A stretch of 64,000 nt of DNA from an uncultured virus (IMG/VR IMGVR_UViG_3300010163_001998) (IMGVR_UViG_3300010163_001998); one strand, 5' to 3'; counted from the stretch's first letter, positions 49,601 to 60,260 are shown. Numbers and translations: made by a program. Notes: a model not told the origin generated them from the letters alone.

Positions 49601-51468
49601 ATACAGGTCATATTGATCCATATGACAGTGAAGATGAGGAAGAAAATGAAAGTGAAACAGAAGAAAGTACAGTAATAGACTTTTATGGATCATCTGAAGA
49701 TGATGAAGAAGGTAAAGACATTGATCAGCAGGCAGAGCAGATGGATCAAGCACGCGACATGATAAATGATCCATTTGGATTAGATCAACAAGCACCACAA
49801 AATCCAGTACAATCAGCTCAAGATATAGTAAATGACCCTTTTAGGTTAGATCAACACATGCAACAGGCACAGCAATCTCAAACACAACAAAGTGTGGAGC
49901 AGCAAAGTACAGTTGAGAGCATGAAGTTAATGTCAACAAAGACATTAATGAGTAGACTACAAAAATACAATATTAATCAAATCAATGGATATATAAACAA
50001 ATACTTAATAACTGGATTAAATAACATAGATAAATTTAATTTGGCAGATAGAGGAGGAATAAATGAGTTCAAAAATGGTAGCTTATTACACTTAGTTTAT
50101 ATAGTAGGTACAGCTCATATGTTAATTAGTGAGCAGTATAATATAGACACAAGGCTTAAAAATTTAATAGACAACATAAGTAATAATTGTAACACATTAA
50201 ATAGATGGATAGTAATAAAGCTGATTAATGCATACAGTAATATGCTAATAGACTATGATATTTTACCCCCTAAAGGCATGATGACATCATGGGCACAAGA
50301 GTTTGCATCAAGCAATAGCAATCCATATAATACACAGAATACACAAGATATGCAACCAACAGAAGCGCTTAATCCAGATGAACCAAATGGTTTAAATGAA
50401 CAGAATTGTATGGAGCAACCAGTTGATGATCAGGACATATTTGATACATGGGCAGACGAAGATCTTACTAGAAGTAGTCAAAATAGTGAAATGCAGGAGC
50501 AGTTCCAGTATCAACCTCAAGTATATCAAGAAACATATATAGACCCTGTTGAAAGTCAAGTAGAATTTGAAGCACCGCCAAACAAACCTAATTATACATC
50601 TACAGGAAATAATAATGTAGTAGAATACAATTCTTTAAGACCTACAAGCGATTGTGCAAGAATACCAGACAATGATATTTTGATAAAACCTTTAACAATA
50701 TTGGATAACTTAAGAAAACCATTATATCAGTCATTTAAAGGTATGTCGTATGCAATGCTAAAAACGTGGAGTGCTGTACTGGATAAGCTACAACAGCGTG
50801 TAAGAAATGAGAGACTTATAGTGAAAAGTATAATCATAGGGCCAGACAACTCAGTACAAGTTAATAATACAGCACTAGTGTCACTCGAGAGTGTACTAGG
50901 TGGGCAATATGGAACTGAACTTATAGACATAGTAAATTTCAAATCAACATTTAAAAGATTTCCAAATATAGAGATACTTAACATTGATAAATTATTAATA
51001 GACAATATATACAATGAATATAGTGATAAACAAGGAATTGGCAATATAGGATATGTAAAAGACATGTTTAATAAACATAATAAGTTACAAAAAATAGTGG
51101 TGCTTGAAGGTAAAACACCTATATCAACCCTTACAAGAAGTGAAGTTATGAATAATCAAATAGGCATCGAGGTAGAAAAGAATTTGATTGAAGCTAAAGC
51201 AACGAAAGAACTTGATGCAGCAATGGCTTCTAAAAATCCTAGAATAAGTGAGAATCCAACATTAATGTATAGAGCACATAAGTCATTAATAGGTGGATCA
51301 GTTGATTACTTTAAACGAGGTCATGATGTTATGATTAACTCAAAGGATGGAAAAGCACACTTCCTAAAATGGGGTGGATGGACAGCGTTAGGTTTAGGTG
51401 CTGTGGCAATAGGTGGAGTAATGGGAGTACCACATTTCATAAAATATAAATTAACAGGCAGAGTTTAA
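46606..51468 (+). CDS. Giant FtsK/HerA/VirB4-VirD4-superfamily ATPase with acidic linkers and C-terminal hydrophobic helix
   Basis: IMAGSGSGKG, VYLDYK, FFVLDEAE, GRSG...LGQ; terminal WTALGLGAVAIGGVMG. Confidence 0.75.
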   Translation: MSAESKLLNNINIAKYVYTTPGVNKDLLNKYEALATVKLDKITTPELILLNKDNMSVLLNRLVLKSAVKSVTATSLASEYPKLTKMIRKIEASRLTGQIKQETYTCLKNELANVISTDMQVINEITVDDVRNSILTFGLPDTQEKVDTVDESYSNIDIDILDNIENLFNSQDEENSDQWGQDIEIEDEESEEGEGETYVEEPDIETEDEEPDIDIDIEEDEEEQLREEQEEQEEQEEQEEQEEQEEQEEQKRKQSLEEGDVAGKAIEIDEETNLKNAHLTATVNVILNNIMEVYTHIYQPLFTNPPKGVLYTNENKVKDIMCVGKSGEKEGVKVHNIPSLTPFVGLIYDTIAKQYELREAPRVDGKHNDGMGIDAKWMNPDGSMQYNYAPHIQVRNCMGVYRDKDNGLLKRAKTWQEFKTKISKDLKPTILSLLSRVNIPENDPTKATLLKAMKSIQEFYTTIVLVNEFSTEKVMRFTICNSSASLNNKTSTLAKNIIACNPLLKTSLDEYKIMNDSEINGIKEILIVTNKAKYSGEINFAYKTLGKLLQAGGTIDLGHTVVGTTVRDGKPFEVNLNNRSYTSIAIMAGSGSGKGVLTMSLLAAILGAKCPVVYLDYKPDMAGAFWALERKYKVPILAIDGLNHSTADAKPIRDYSPGHGILKSIREDVLPELGTIAYVKGVQLMNLLGGARLNGIMSSKRRIFFVLDEAEKCGASIERSKKAIETQMNKHKPKGKDATESEEYKYLKKLYSLYATVGDSADEFLKTNGRSGNMAAITLGQSAYINAWRGPFKSMAIQSAVKFLGTGSDKGGAGIDKKVDGYEMLGMGYFGFVNGGDSSRENTTMIKTTLVLNDADFDASSMTGGTFTKSLLDNIKDDAIKDDVINNDLVVSEDNEIALNYGLTAGQANPLVGFPGLIEFIGKNTGNFDIQEALHAGYKEVETLLNKLGIVGEGMPYSNVDEYMYSAKEDSLFSFGQFREALRHNMTIYDYIQNGAEDDTGHIDPYDSEDEEENESETEESTVIDFYGSSEDDEEGKDIDQQAEQMDQARDMINDPFGLDQQAPQNPVQSAQDIVNDPFRLDQHMQQAQQSQTQQSVEQQSTVESMKLMSTKTLMSRLQKYNINQINGYINKYLITGLNNIDKFNLADRGGINEFKNGSLLHLVYIVGTAHMLISEQYNIDTRLKNLIDNISNNCNTLNRWIVIKLINAYSNMLIDYDILPPKGMMTSWAQEFASSNSNPYNTQNTQDMQPTEALNPDEPNGLNEQNCMEQPVDDQDIFDTWADEDLTRSSQNSEMQEQFQYQPQVYQETYIDPVESQVEFEAPPNKPNYTSTGNNNVVEYNSLRPTSDCARIPDNDILIKPLTILDNLRKPLYQSFKGMSYAMLKTWSAVLDKLQQRVRNERLIVKSIIIGPDNSVQVNNTALVSLESVLGGQYGTELIDIVNFKSTFKRFPNIEILNIDKLLIDNIYNEYSDKQGIGNIGYVKDMFNKHNKLQKIVVLEGKTPISTLTRSEVMNNQIGIEVEKNLIEAKATKELDAAMASKNPRISENPTLMYRAHKSLIGGSVDYFKRGHDVMINSKDGKAHFLKWGGWTALGLGAVAIGGVMGVPHFIKYKLTGRV
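47284..47355 (+). repeat. 9-nt coding tandem repeat x8 (EEQ)
   Basis: GA(A/G)GAACA(A/G) units. Confidence 0.9.
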
Positions 51469-51474
51469 ACAAAA

Positions 51475-51519
51475 AGATAGCATGATATAATCTGTAAGGG
51501 CTTTATATCATGCTATTTT
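51475..51519 (+). terminator. Intrinsic terminator
   Basis: agatagcatgatataa / ttatatcatgctattt. Confidence 0.8.
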
Positions 51520-51647
51520 ATTGCTTAAAATTAAATAAAGATACATTGTTTTTAGCATTACTAATAGGGGAGATTATATTTTTATTTTATTTATTATATC
51601 TATATTTTGGCTAGTAAGAAATTTAGGAAAGGCATAGGAATAAAATT

Positions 51648-52694
51648 ATGCAATACTATCATATAAAAGATATAGACTTTAAAAATAATTTAGGTAATAG
51701 AGTTTTTGGGATATTTCTAGCAAGAAATGTTGATATACGATTACAAAAAGATGGAGTGACCAAGTTCATATCAGTAACTATGTGTGACAAGGAATTTACC
51801 ATGGAGGCTAAAAAATTTGGAGCCACTGAACAAGAAATAGAACTCATGAGAAATGGTGGGGTATACTGTGCAGCTATAGATATAAAAGAATATAAGGGTT
51901 CCTTCAGCTGTTCTATATATAATTTTGATTCATATAATGAAAATGCAAGTAACTTTATAGAATATGCTGAAGGTATGGATGATGCACAGGATGTAATAAA
52001 TCATGCTTTATCAATAATAAATGAGGGTATTTATGGGCAATTGGTATATAATATATTAATTTCAAAATGGCATGATTTTTGTGTATGGACAGCAGCAAGC
52101 AGTCTACATCATAACATGCTAGGTGGTTTATTAGTACATACAGCAGAAGTAGTTTCTCAAAGTGAACAAATAGCAGACTTCTGGGAGGAAAAATATGGAC
52201 CTAATTTTATAAATAAACAATTATTATTAAGTGCTGCTTTACTTCATGATATAGCTAAAACGGATGAGTTAAAAGTAGATAGACTTAGTGGAGGTACAGA
52301 GTATTCCACTAGAGCAACATTGGAAACACATATAACAATGTGTGTTAGCATGATAGATATAGAGGCATACAAACTACAATTAGGATATCAGACATATAGG
52401 ATAAATGATATAAACGAGCAAGAGCCAGTAAAGACACAGGATCAACTACGGCAAGAACAAGAAGCAATATCATTACTTAAACATTTAATATTAAGTCATC
52501 ATGGTAAATTAGAGTATTCAAGCCCTATTACTCCCCATACACCAGAAGCTTATATATTAAACATAGCAGACTTATTAAGTGCAGAGATGTTTAGATATAA
52601 TAAAAACTTTAATAATATGGATAACTGTACATCGTCGAGTGTATGGCTTAATGGAAGTATGTCAAGTACCTATAAAGATAGCACTAAGAAATAA
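51648..52694 (+). CDS. yhaM: YhaM/Cbf1-like OB-fold + HD-domain 3'-5' exonuclease
   Basis: AASSLHHNMLGGLLVHT, LLHDIAK, ILSHHGKLEYSSP...EAYILNIAD. Confidence 0.88.
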   Translation: MQYYHIKDIDFKNNLGNRVFGIFLARNVDIRLQKDGVTKFISVTMCDKEFTMEAKKFGATEQEIELMRNGGVYCAAIDIKEYKGSFSCSIYNFDSYNENASNFIEYAEGMDDAQDVINHALSIINEGIYGQLVYNILISKWHDFCVWTAASSLHHNMLGGLLVHTAEVVSQSEQIADFWEEKYGPNFINKQLLLSAALLHDIAKTDELKVDRLSGGTEYSTRATLETHITMCVSMIDIEAYKLQLGYQTYRINDINEQEPVKTQDQLRQEQEAISLLKHLILSHHGKLEYSSPITPHTPEAYILNIADLLSAEMFRYNKNFNNMDNCTSSSVWLNGSMSSTYKDSTKK

Positions 52695-52739
52695 TAAAGA
52701 TGTTTTTTATTAATTTAATTAAATTTTGCAGGAAGAGGA

Positions 52740-53837
52740 ATGGACATGAGTAAAAACAATATAACAACTAAAAAAGACATAACAACTAAAAAAGAGGTAG
52801 ATTACAATGTATTAATTAAAAAAGCAGTATTATACTTAGCTGGTGTATTAACAGGTATGATAGTAATGTTAATCATACAGTCAGCAACCCAAAAGGATAC
52901 ATCAGTAACAAACAATAATGCAGATAATTTAATATCTACATATAAAATGAATAGCGAAATACTACAAGGAGATAAACTAAGTGATGCCTGTGATAACATT
53001 ATAGATTTATTGACAAGTTTAAAACATGACAATACTTATATTCAATTGCAAGTTGGAGATGATGTATTTGACACTTATATTTATAACAAGAAAGGTGAAT
53101 GCTTTGCACAATCAGATAGTTCAGGTTATTCATCTGTAGCATTATCAGATGGCAGGACAGTTAAAATAAGTACTCATGATGAAGAAGTAATAATTGAGAG
53201 TGACACTGACGTATTATCATTGATGCTTAAGGTAGCAGAACTTGCTAAGACAGATGAAACATTTACACTTTATGATATGGTAGTAGAGGATGAGGGTATA
53301 AAAGAATATAGGATAGATGTAGTAGGAGAGGAAAACATAAGAAAGATTTACAGTAGCTTTGGTGATCAAGTAGCAGACAACATAATGCAAAATCTAAAGG
53401 CAAGTTTAGGTGATAGTTGGGAGCCACATTTAATTTATTGCTATTTGTTAGCTGATAACAAATGTACATTATATACTTACGTAGTAGCAAATAATGAAGA
53501 GTATGTAAACTTCTACTCACAGGGTCATGTAACATTAGGTGATTGGGAGTTATCAGAAGATTATTACCAAGCGGATTTAGATACATTAGATTATAAAACA
53601 GCTTGTGACCTCCTAGAAAACACAGTATATGACTTAGAGCAGATACTTCAGACATTTGCAATAGAAAATGGTTTAATAGTAGATGAACCAATGGAAAGTA
53701 CTAATGCAAATGAGAGTGAAGCAAATGAAAACAAAACGAGTAATAATGAAACAGATGAAAATAATGAAACACTTAACATTCAAGAGTCAACATCAGATTT
53801 AATAGAATTACCTGAAGATAATATAACAACCAATTAA
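52740..53837 (+). CDS. Membrane-anchored acidic protein
   Basis: Single N-terminal TM helix; D/E-rich remainder. Confidence 0.8.
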   Translation: MDMSKNNITTKKDITTKKEVDYNVLIKKAVLYLAGVLTGMIVMLIIQSATQKDTSVTNNNADNLISTYKMNSEILQGDKLSDACDNIIDLLTSLKHDNTYIQLQVGDDVFDTYIYNKKGECFAQSDSSGYSSVALSDGRTVKISTHDEEVIIESDTDVLSLMLKVAELAKTDETFTLYDMVVEDEGIKEYRIDVVGEENIRKIYSSFGDQVADNIMQNLKASLGDSWEPHLIYCYLLADNKCTLYTYVVANNEEYVNFYSQGHVTLGDWELSEDYYQADLDTLDYKTACDLLENTVYDLEQILQTFAIENGLIVDEPMESTNANESEANENKTSNNETDENNETLNIQESTSDLIELPEDNITTN

Positions 53838-53913
53838 TAATTAAAATAACAGTAACAAAATTTCATAACACACCAAGCAATTAACAAATACTTAAATATA
53901 GACATAAAAATAA

Positions 53914-53954
53914 AAAAGATTGCTTATTATTTTTAATTTAATAAGTAATCTTTT
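53914..53954 (+). terminator. Terminator-like hairpin just upstream of the ftsH RBS
   Basis: aaaagattgcttatta / taataagtaatctttt. Confidence 0.6.
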
Positions 53955-53978
53955 ATTAAAAACCAAGGAGATTTGAAA

Positions 53979-55772
53979 ATGAAGAAAAATAACAAAAATA
54001 ACAAAAATAATTCATTTAATGATACACGAAAGACTAAGTTTTACAAATCCAAAAAATTTTACTTTACAATTATATTGATAATATATTGTTTATCATCTTT
54101 TGCGTTTATTATGTCAAATTCAAAGACCATTAGTGGTAAAGTATCATACGAGGAATTAATGACATTAATCAATAATAATGAAATAAAAAGCATAAGAGTA
54201 CAAGGTGATTCTGATTCATTATTAGTTACGAAAACAGATGGAACCAACTTAGAAACAGTTAATCCTCAAAGTGATACATTTATTGAAGAGTTATATAAAT
54301 TAGGTGTAACCATAGATACACAAAAGACATCTGTAGTAGCATCCTTATTAAATTTCTTAATGACAGTGCCTCCAACAGTATTGATGATACTACTTGTGAT
54401 AAACATGACTGGTTTCGTGTTAAATAGTGATGATGGTTTTACACTTATAAGAAGTAAAGATTTAACAGTAACATTTGATCAAATACAAGGTTTAAGTGAG
54501 ACAAAAAAAGAAGTTCAGTTCATTGTACAGTCATTGAATGAATGGAAAAAATTCCAAGAAGCAGGGGCACGGATTTGCAAAGGTATTTTATTTTATGGAC
54601 CTCCTGGAAATGGTAAAACAATGCTAGCTAAAGCAATAGCAAAGGAATCAGGAGTAAATTTCATAAATTGTAGTGGTGGTGATTTTGTACAAATGCTTGC
54701 TGGTTTAGGAGCAATGAGAATAAGACATTTGTTTAACCTAGCTAAAAGAAATACACCTTGTATAATATTCATAGATGAAATAGATTGTCTTGGTAAAAGA
54801 AGAAGTAGTGATGGAGATTCAGTAGTAAGTGAGTACAATCAAGTGTTAAACACACTTCTTCAGAGAATGGATGGTGTCAATTCAAGTAACGGAATCATGG
54901 TAATTGGTGCAACTAATAGAAAAGATGACTTGGATAGTGCATTATTAAGACCTGGTAGATTTGATAGACACTATTACATAGGAGCACCTGACAATAAAAA
55001 AGATAGAGATGAAGTAGTAAATGTATACATTAAAGATAAGAAATTAGCTGATAATGTTACATTAGAAAAAGTAAGTAAAATCCTAGTAGGGTTTAGCGGT
55101 GCAGAGATAGAAAATGTGATAAATGAAGCAATATTCAATTCTATCATGGACAATAGAGAAGGTGTCATCTCATTTAGAGATATAGATGAAGCAATAATGC
55201 ATCATTATACAGCTGGAGTTAAGAAAGAACATACATCAGAAAAAGATTTAGAAATAGCAGCTTATCACGAAGCAGGTCACACACTAGCTAGTTTATTACT
55301 AGGCATACCTATATCAAAAGTATCTGTAGTACCTTATAGTTCAGGCATGGGAGGAGTTACAATACGTGATGCTGACATAGTACAAGAGACAAAGTTTAAG
55401 ATGCAGACAGACCTTGAGAAAGAATTAAAAATACTCCTAGCTGGTAAGATAGCAGAGGAGTTGATATACGGAGAACATAGCCAAGGATGTAGTAATGACA
55501 TAGAAAAAGCAACACAGCTCATTTATAAAATGAGAGTTGAATTAGGATATGACTCAAAAACATTATTGAATGAGAAGGTACTTATAGCAAATGGATTAAA
55601 GCATTCTTTAGAATCAAGGGTTATAGAAGACTGTAATAGCTTATTAAAAAAATTCAATGATGAAACCAAGACAATGTTAAATTCAAATATTAATACATTG
55701 AAAAAAATTGCAAGCACTTTAATAACTGAAAGAACAATAGTAACTCCGCAGCTGGAAAACTTTAAAGGCTAG
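53979..55772 (+). CDS. ftsH: FtsH-like membrane AAA+ zinc protease
   Basis: Two TM helices, GPPGNGKT, IFIDEID, ATNR...LRPGRFDR, HEAGH, GxIAEE. Confidence 0.93.
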   Translation: MKKNNKNNKNNSFNDTRKTKFYKSKKFYFTIILIIYCLSSFAFIMSNSKTISGKVSYEELMTLINNNEIKSIRVQGDSDSLLVTKTDGTNLETVNPQSDTFIEELYKLGVTIDTQKTSVVASLLNFLMTVPPTVLMILLVINMTGFVLNSDDGFTLIRSKDLTVTFDQIQGLSETKKEVQFIVQSLNEWKKFQEAGARICKGILFYGPPGNGKTMLAKAIAKESGVNFINCSGGDFVQMLAGLGAMRIRHLFNLAKRNTPCIIFIDEIDCLGKRRSSDGDSVVSEYNQVLNTLLQRMDGVNSSNGIMVIGATNRKDDLDSALLRPGRFDRHYYIGAPDNKKDRDEVVNVYIKDKKLADNVTLEKVSKILVGFSGAEIENVINEAIFNSIMDNREGVISFRDIDEAIMHHYTAGVKKEHTSEKDLEIAAYHEAGHTLASLLLGIPISKVSVVPYSSGMGGVTIRDADIVQETKFKMQTDLEKELKILLAGKIAEELIYGEHSQGCSNDIEKATQLIYKMRVELGYDSKTLLNEKVLIANGLKHSLESRVIEDCNSLLKKFNDETKTMLNSNINTLKKIASTLITERTIVTPQLENFKG

Positions 55773-55839
55773 TTATAAATGCTTTAAATAATAAATAGGT
55801 AATTATTTAAAAAATTTTTAGGAAGAGAGGTAAAAAGAT

Positions 55840-56046
55840 ATGACAAACCTTGTATCAATCATAACATGGGCATTAGTAGGAATTGGAGCAATAGCTATAT
55901 TAATAGCATTCATCACTTTTAAAAGAAAAGATGAATTTGAACTTAGCTCAAGTGTTGTGGAGACTACTACATTCAGAGCAGGAGCAATTATACTAGTAAT
56001 CGGTTTATTAGCAAAACTGATTTCAGCTGTGATGAATAGTTTATAA
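55840..56046 (+). CDS. Small two-TM membrane protein
   Basis: Two hydrophobic helices; GAGAGG RBS. Confidence 0.75.
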   Translation: MTNLVSIITWALVGIGAIAILIAFITFKRKDEFELSSSVVETTTFRAGAIILVIGLLAKLISAVMNSL

Positions 56047-56072
56047 AACGCATAATTGAGGAAATAAAAGAC

Positions 56073-56702
56073 ATGAATATAAGCTTAGATGAAGCATTAG
56101 AGTTATTTGAAATTACAGATATTTCACAAGTAACAAAAGCAGAGTTAAACTCTAAGTTTAAACAATTAGCAAAAAAGTATCATCCAGATGTTGTAAAAGA
56201 TGATAATCAGACATTTATAAAAATATCTAACGCAAAGGATTTATTACACAACACCATAGAAAAATTAAACTTATACAAAATGATTTCACCTAAGCAAGCA
56301 CTATTGACCATTGTATTACCTTTAAATAAACTTATAGCATTATATAATGGTGATATAATAACAATAGGTAAGGGTGAGAATGCAATTGACATAGATAGAA
56401 TCAAGATGAAAAGAAATAACTCATTAATTTTATCTACTGTAGCAATAGAACATAACGGTTTAATTGAGAATTTTGACAATATACAACCATGGAATCTTAA
56501 TGATAACTACAGCATTGATTGCGTAATCAAAGTAGAAAAAATAGTATCCTGTGAAAAAATAAAAATTTGCTTATTAGAGAAAGAGAAATATATAGAAATG
56601 ACTTCACAATCGTTAGCAATAAATTTCAAACTACAATATAATATAAACATAAGTATAAATATTACTAAAAAGATTATAGCTAAGGCAGATAACACGTCCT
56701 AA
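56073..56702 (+). CDS. J-domain (DnaJ-like) protein
   Basis: FKQLAKKYHPDV...FIKISNAKDLL. Confidence 0.85.
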   Translation: MNISLDEALELFEITDISQVTKAELNSKFKQLAKKYHPDVVKDDNQTFIKISNAKDLLHNTIEKLNLYKMISPKQALLTIVLPLNKLIALYNGDIITIGKGENAIDIDRIKMKRNNSLILSTVAIEHNGLIENFDNIQPWNLNDNYSIDCVIKVEKIVSCEKIKICLLEKEKYIEMTSQSLAINFKLQYNINISINITKKIIAKADNTS

Positions 56703-56724
56703 ACTATAAGGAAGGCAGGATAGA

Positions 56725-57339
56725 ATGGACAAAAAGGCATTAAAATCCATTATTCTAAAACTAAGAAATGAGGGTAATACCTTTCAAAATATAGCCATTA
56801 TACTCAAGAACAAGTATGACATTGAAATGTCCAGACAGGCAGTACATGGTATGTACAAGAGAGCAGTAGCAAGTAATATGAATGATATAGAAATGATACT
56901 GGCTACAAATGATATAATAAATTATAGCATAATAGGTTTAAAAGCAAATGAGATACAACAGTTAATTAAAAAGGAATACAACATAGAACTTTCTCTCAAA
57001 AACATTATGGAAAAATCATTAAGTAATGAAAAATACAGAAAAACAGTATATAAAGAAAAGATAGACAAGTTAAAATCATTACTAATAGATAAAGAAACTA
57101 CATACGACATAACAGATATAAGGAAATTACTTGGATATAAAAGTGAACCAATGAGAGATACAGCATTAGACCAATTGTTGTATGATTACATACTTTTAGA
57201 AATTAAGAATAATACAATATCATTACTTGCTAAAATAATTAATTTAACTAATAACAAATTGTTAGTAAAAGATATAACAAAAAGAATTAATATATCAATT
57301 TCTAACAAGGACATTGAAAGGGAGTATAAGTACCAATGA
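56725..57339 (+). CDS. Putative HTH DNA-binding protein
   Basis: [12 protein letters not shown]...[10 protein letters not shown]. Confidence 0.65.
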   Translation: MDKKALKSIILKLRNEGNTFQNIAIILKNKYDIEMSRQAVHGMYKRAVASNMNDIEMILATNDIINYSIIGLKANEIQQLIKKEYNIELSLKNIMEKSLSNEKYRKTVYKEKIDKLKSLLIDKETTYDITDIRKLLGYKSEPMRDTALDQLLYDYILLEIKNNTISLLAKIINLTNNKLLVKDITKRINISISNKDIEREYKYQ

Positions 57340-58994
57340 AGAATAAAGGAAGACTTAGCTTATTAATGATGCTAATGCTTTTAGGAATAATACCACTCAT
57401 TTGTTCAACTGCAATATCAATGATGTTTGTAGGCAGATCATTAAATAAAGAGTTAACAAGTGATGTAGAAACAAAGTTGGCAGTATCATGTGAAGGTTTA
57501 GACCAGTATTATAGTAAGATATGGGATAATATTAATCCAAATGACTATAGTTACATAGATAGTTTACAGGATAATGATGTGGAATTGACACTATTCTATG
57601 GAGATACACGATTACTCTCATCCATAACAGATGAAAATGGAGCAAGAATAGTAGGAACAAAAGCAAGTGACACAGTAATTCAAGAAGTACTTAATAAAGG
57701 AAATACATACTTTTCAGATGATGTAGTAATCAATAATAAAGAATATCATGCATACTATTCCCCAATAAAAGTCAATGATAAAATAGTAGGAATGGCATTT
57801 GCAGGTGAGCCAAAAATAGAGGTAAAAGAAGCAGTTCACAAGGTAGTAAATAGAACATGTATAGCATTAATAGTTAGTGTGCTAATATTTGCAGTAGTTA
57901 TAGTATTTATAGCTATTATATTTAAAAAGCCATTTGAGTTAATAACAGATGAATTGAAAGTTATAGCTGAAGGCAATTTAAGAAATAAGATAGGCATTAA
58001 AAGTATTATAAAAGAAACATGTCAGATGATTGATTCAACAAAGACAATTCAGAAGAACCTAAAGAAAATAGTAAATAACACCAAAACTAAGGCTGGTGAA
58101 CTTACTGATGGAATAACAGAAATAAGTAGTTTGAGTGAAAGCATTAGTAGCGGTGCAGAACAAATAAATAGAGCAGTAGAAGAATTGAGTATATCAGCTA
58201 CAAGTATGGCAGAAAACGTACAAGATGTGAATAATGAAATAATAAATATAGGTGATGACATTAATTCAATTTCACAAAATGTAATAAGATTAAATAACAG
58301 TTCAGAAAAGATAAGTTTAGCAAGTAACAAAGCAAAAGATTACATTAATAATGTGTTGGAAAGTAGTAAAGAATCAGTAAATGCAGTTGAAAATATAAGT
58401 CAACAAATATGTTTAACTAATAAAAGCGTAGAACAAATAAATAGGGCAATTGAAGTTATTCAAGGTATAACTGATCAAACAAAATTATTAAGTTTAAATG
58501 CTTCTATAGAGGCTGCTAGGGCAGGAGAACAAGGAAGAGGTTTTGCAGTAGTAGCAGAGAGCATAAGACAATTGTCAGAGCAAAGTAATGCTGGTGCAAA
58601 GGAAATTAAGATAATAGCTAACGAGATAGTAGTTCAGTCAGAGAAAACTGTTAGATTAGCAAATAATATTAAGCAAATAATCAATGAAGAGCAAGAAAAG
58701 ATTACAGAAACTAATAAATCATTTGTACAATTGAATGACGAGATAGAAACAAGTGCACAACAAATAGAAGAAATAAGTGATAAGATTAAGATATTAACAC
58801 ACAGTAAAAATAATATAGTAGGCAGTATAACAGATTTAAGTGCTATTAGCCAAGAAAATGCTGCAAGCAATCAAGAGGTAGCTGCTAATGTAGAAAGCAT
58901 TAATAATGACATAGGTAACTTAAGAAATAAAGCCAATAACTTAACAGAAATAGCTAATAAGCTAGAAGAAGTAATAAGTACATTTAAAGATTAA
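57336..58994 (+). CDS. Methyl-accepting chemotaxis protein (Cache sensor, HAMP, signalling domain)
   Basis: Two TM helices; [33 protein letters not shown]. Confidence 0.95.
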   Translation: MKNKGRLSLLMMLMLLGIIPLICSTAISMMFVGRSLNKELTSDVETKLAVSCEGLDQYYSKIWDNINPNDYSYIDSLQDNDVELTLFYGDTRLLSSITDENGARIVGTKASDTVIQEVLNKGNTYFSDDVVINNKEYHAYYSPIKVNDKIVGMAFAGEPKIEVKEAVHKVVNRTCIALIVSVLIFAVVIVFIAIIFKKPFELITDELKVIAEGNLRNKIGIKSIIKETCQMIDSTKTIQKNLKKIVNNTKTKAGELTDGITEISSLSESISSGAEQINRAVEELSISATSMAENVQDVNNEIINIGDDINSISQNVIRLNNSSEKISLASNKAKDYINNVLESSKESVNAVENISQQICLTNKSVEQINRAIEVIQGITDQTKLLSLNASIEAARAGEQGRGFAVVAESIRQLSEQSNAGAKEIKIIANEIVVQSEKTVRLANNIKQIINEEQEKITETNKSFVQLNDEIETSAQQIEEISDKIKILTHSKNNIVGSITDLSAISQENAASNQEVAANVESINNDIGNLRNKANNLTEIANKLEEVISTFKD

Positions 58995-59028
58995 AACAAA
59001 GCAATAAGAAATAAAAAGCAAAGCATAT

Positions 59029-59072
59029 AAAATTGTAAGATATCATTTTAATTGAGATATCTTACAATTTTT
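59029..59072 (+). terminator. Intrinsic terminator
   Basis: Perfect stem aaaattgtaagatatc / gatatcttacaatttt. Confidence 0.8.
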
Positions 59073-59348
59073 ATTTCATTAAACTTGTGAATATAAAAAC
59101 TAAGTCCAGTGATAAAAATTTTAATTATATCACATACGTGTGATACATTAATTTTTAGCTGTGTAAATATTAGTATACTAATATACTTGTCAAAATTTTC
59201 AATATACAATACCAAATAAAGTCAAGTCAAAGATTATTTTTCAAAAATAACTTAAAAAATAAGTATTACAAAATAGATACTAGTTGCAAGTCAATAGTGC
59301 ATATAGGTATTAAAGAAAATTATTTTTATAAAAGGATGAATAATAGAT

Positions 59349-60260
59349 ATGGTGATACCAGTTAAATTAAATTTAGACATCATAAAACCAGATACAACAC
59401 CAAGTAATTTTGTAACTAAACTCATAAATGAAGGTTATGATGAAGTACCAAGTAATATAAGTAAGCTATATAAGTTATTTAAGTACCTTTTAAACAAGTG
59501 TACAACATATGATGATAAGCAAATAGCTTGTGAAGCATTTGTAAATTTAATAAGTAATGAAATAAGCAAGCAAGACAGTGAGAATGCAATTGGGTACATT
59601 ATTGACTGCATTCTAAGTGGATTGCCATATGAGCATCTTTTATACATAAATAGGATGGATAATAATGGTATAGGTGAAAATGAAATAATACAATTAACAA
59701 AGTTCATGAAAGAAACATTAATAATTAGTGAAGACCCAGATAAAACATGGATACAAAATCACATAACATATTTAGAAATAAGAGAGAGTAGTAAAGATGC
59801 AACAAAAGTGCCAGAATTAAACAGGCTTAAAAACTATAATACATGTGAAAATAATATTATGTTCATAAATATAATGTTGAACATAATAAAATATAATTGG
59901 AGCGCAGATAATATAGCAACATTCAGGAAATTTATTAACAGAAGCAAAAAGAGTGAAAACTTGACATCTATAGAAGCATTACAACTTATGAATTATATAA
60001 CAAGTAAACATATAAAATGTATGATAGAACCAATGTTAAACATATATGAAAACATATTAAGAATTGACAAGACAAATATAAATAGGGTGTCAGCAATTAT
60101 AAATATAATGGAATCAATACCATTAATAAGCACACTAATAGAGACATTAACATTAAAAGGTACATATGATAATATATTAAATATGCAGCGTATGTTAGTT
60201 GAGATATTAAACATTACACTAGATGATGAATTATTATCAGAGAGTGTAAAAACAACTTGA
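59349..60260 (+). CDS. Hypothetical helical protein
   Basis: 303-aa ORF with AAAGGA RBS. Confidence 0.8.
   Translation: MVIPVKLNLDIIKPDTTPSNFVTKLINEGYDEVPSNISKLYKLFKYLLNKCTTYDDKQIACEAFVNLISNEISKQDSENAIGYIIDCILSGLPYEHLLYINRMDNNGIGENEIIQLTKFMKETLIISEDPDKTWIQNHITYLEIRESSKDATKVPELNRLKNYNTCENNIMFINIMLNIIKYNWSADNIATFRKFINRSKKSENLTSIEALQLMNYITSKHIKCMIEPMLNIYENILRIDKTNINRVSAIINIMESIPLISTLIETLTLKGTYDNILNMQRMLVEILNITLDDELLSESVKTT

Noticed and set aside
52761..52796. 18-nt duplication (ITTKKD/ITTKKE)
   Set aside because: Simple in-frame slippage duplication with no further structure
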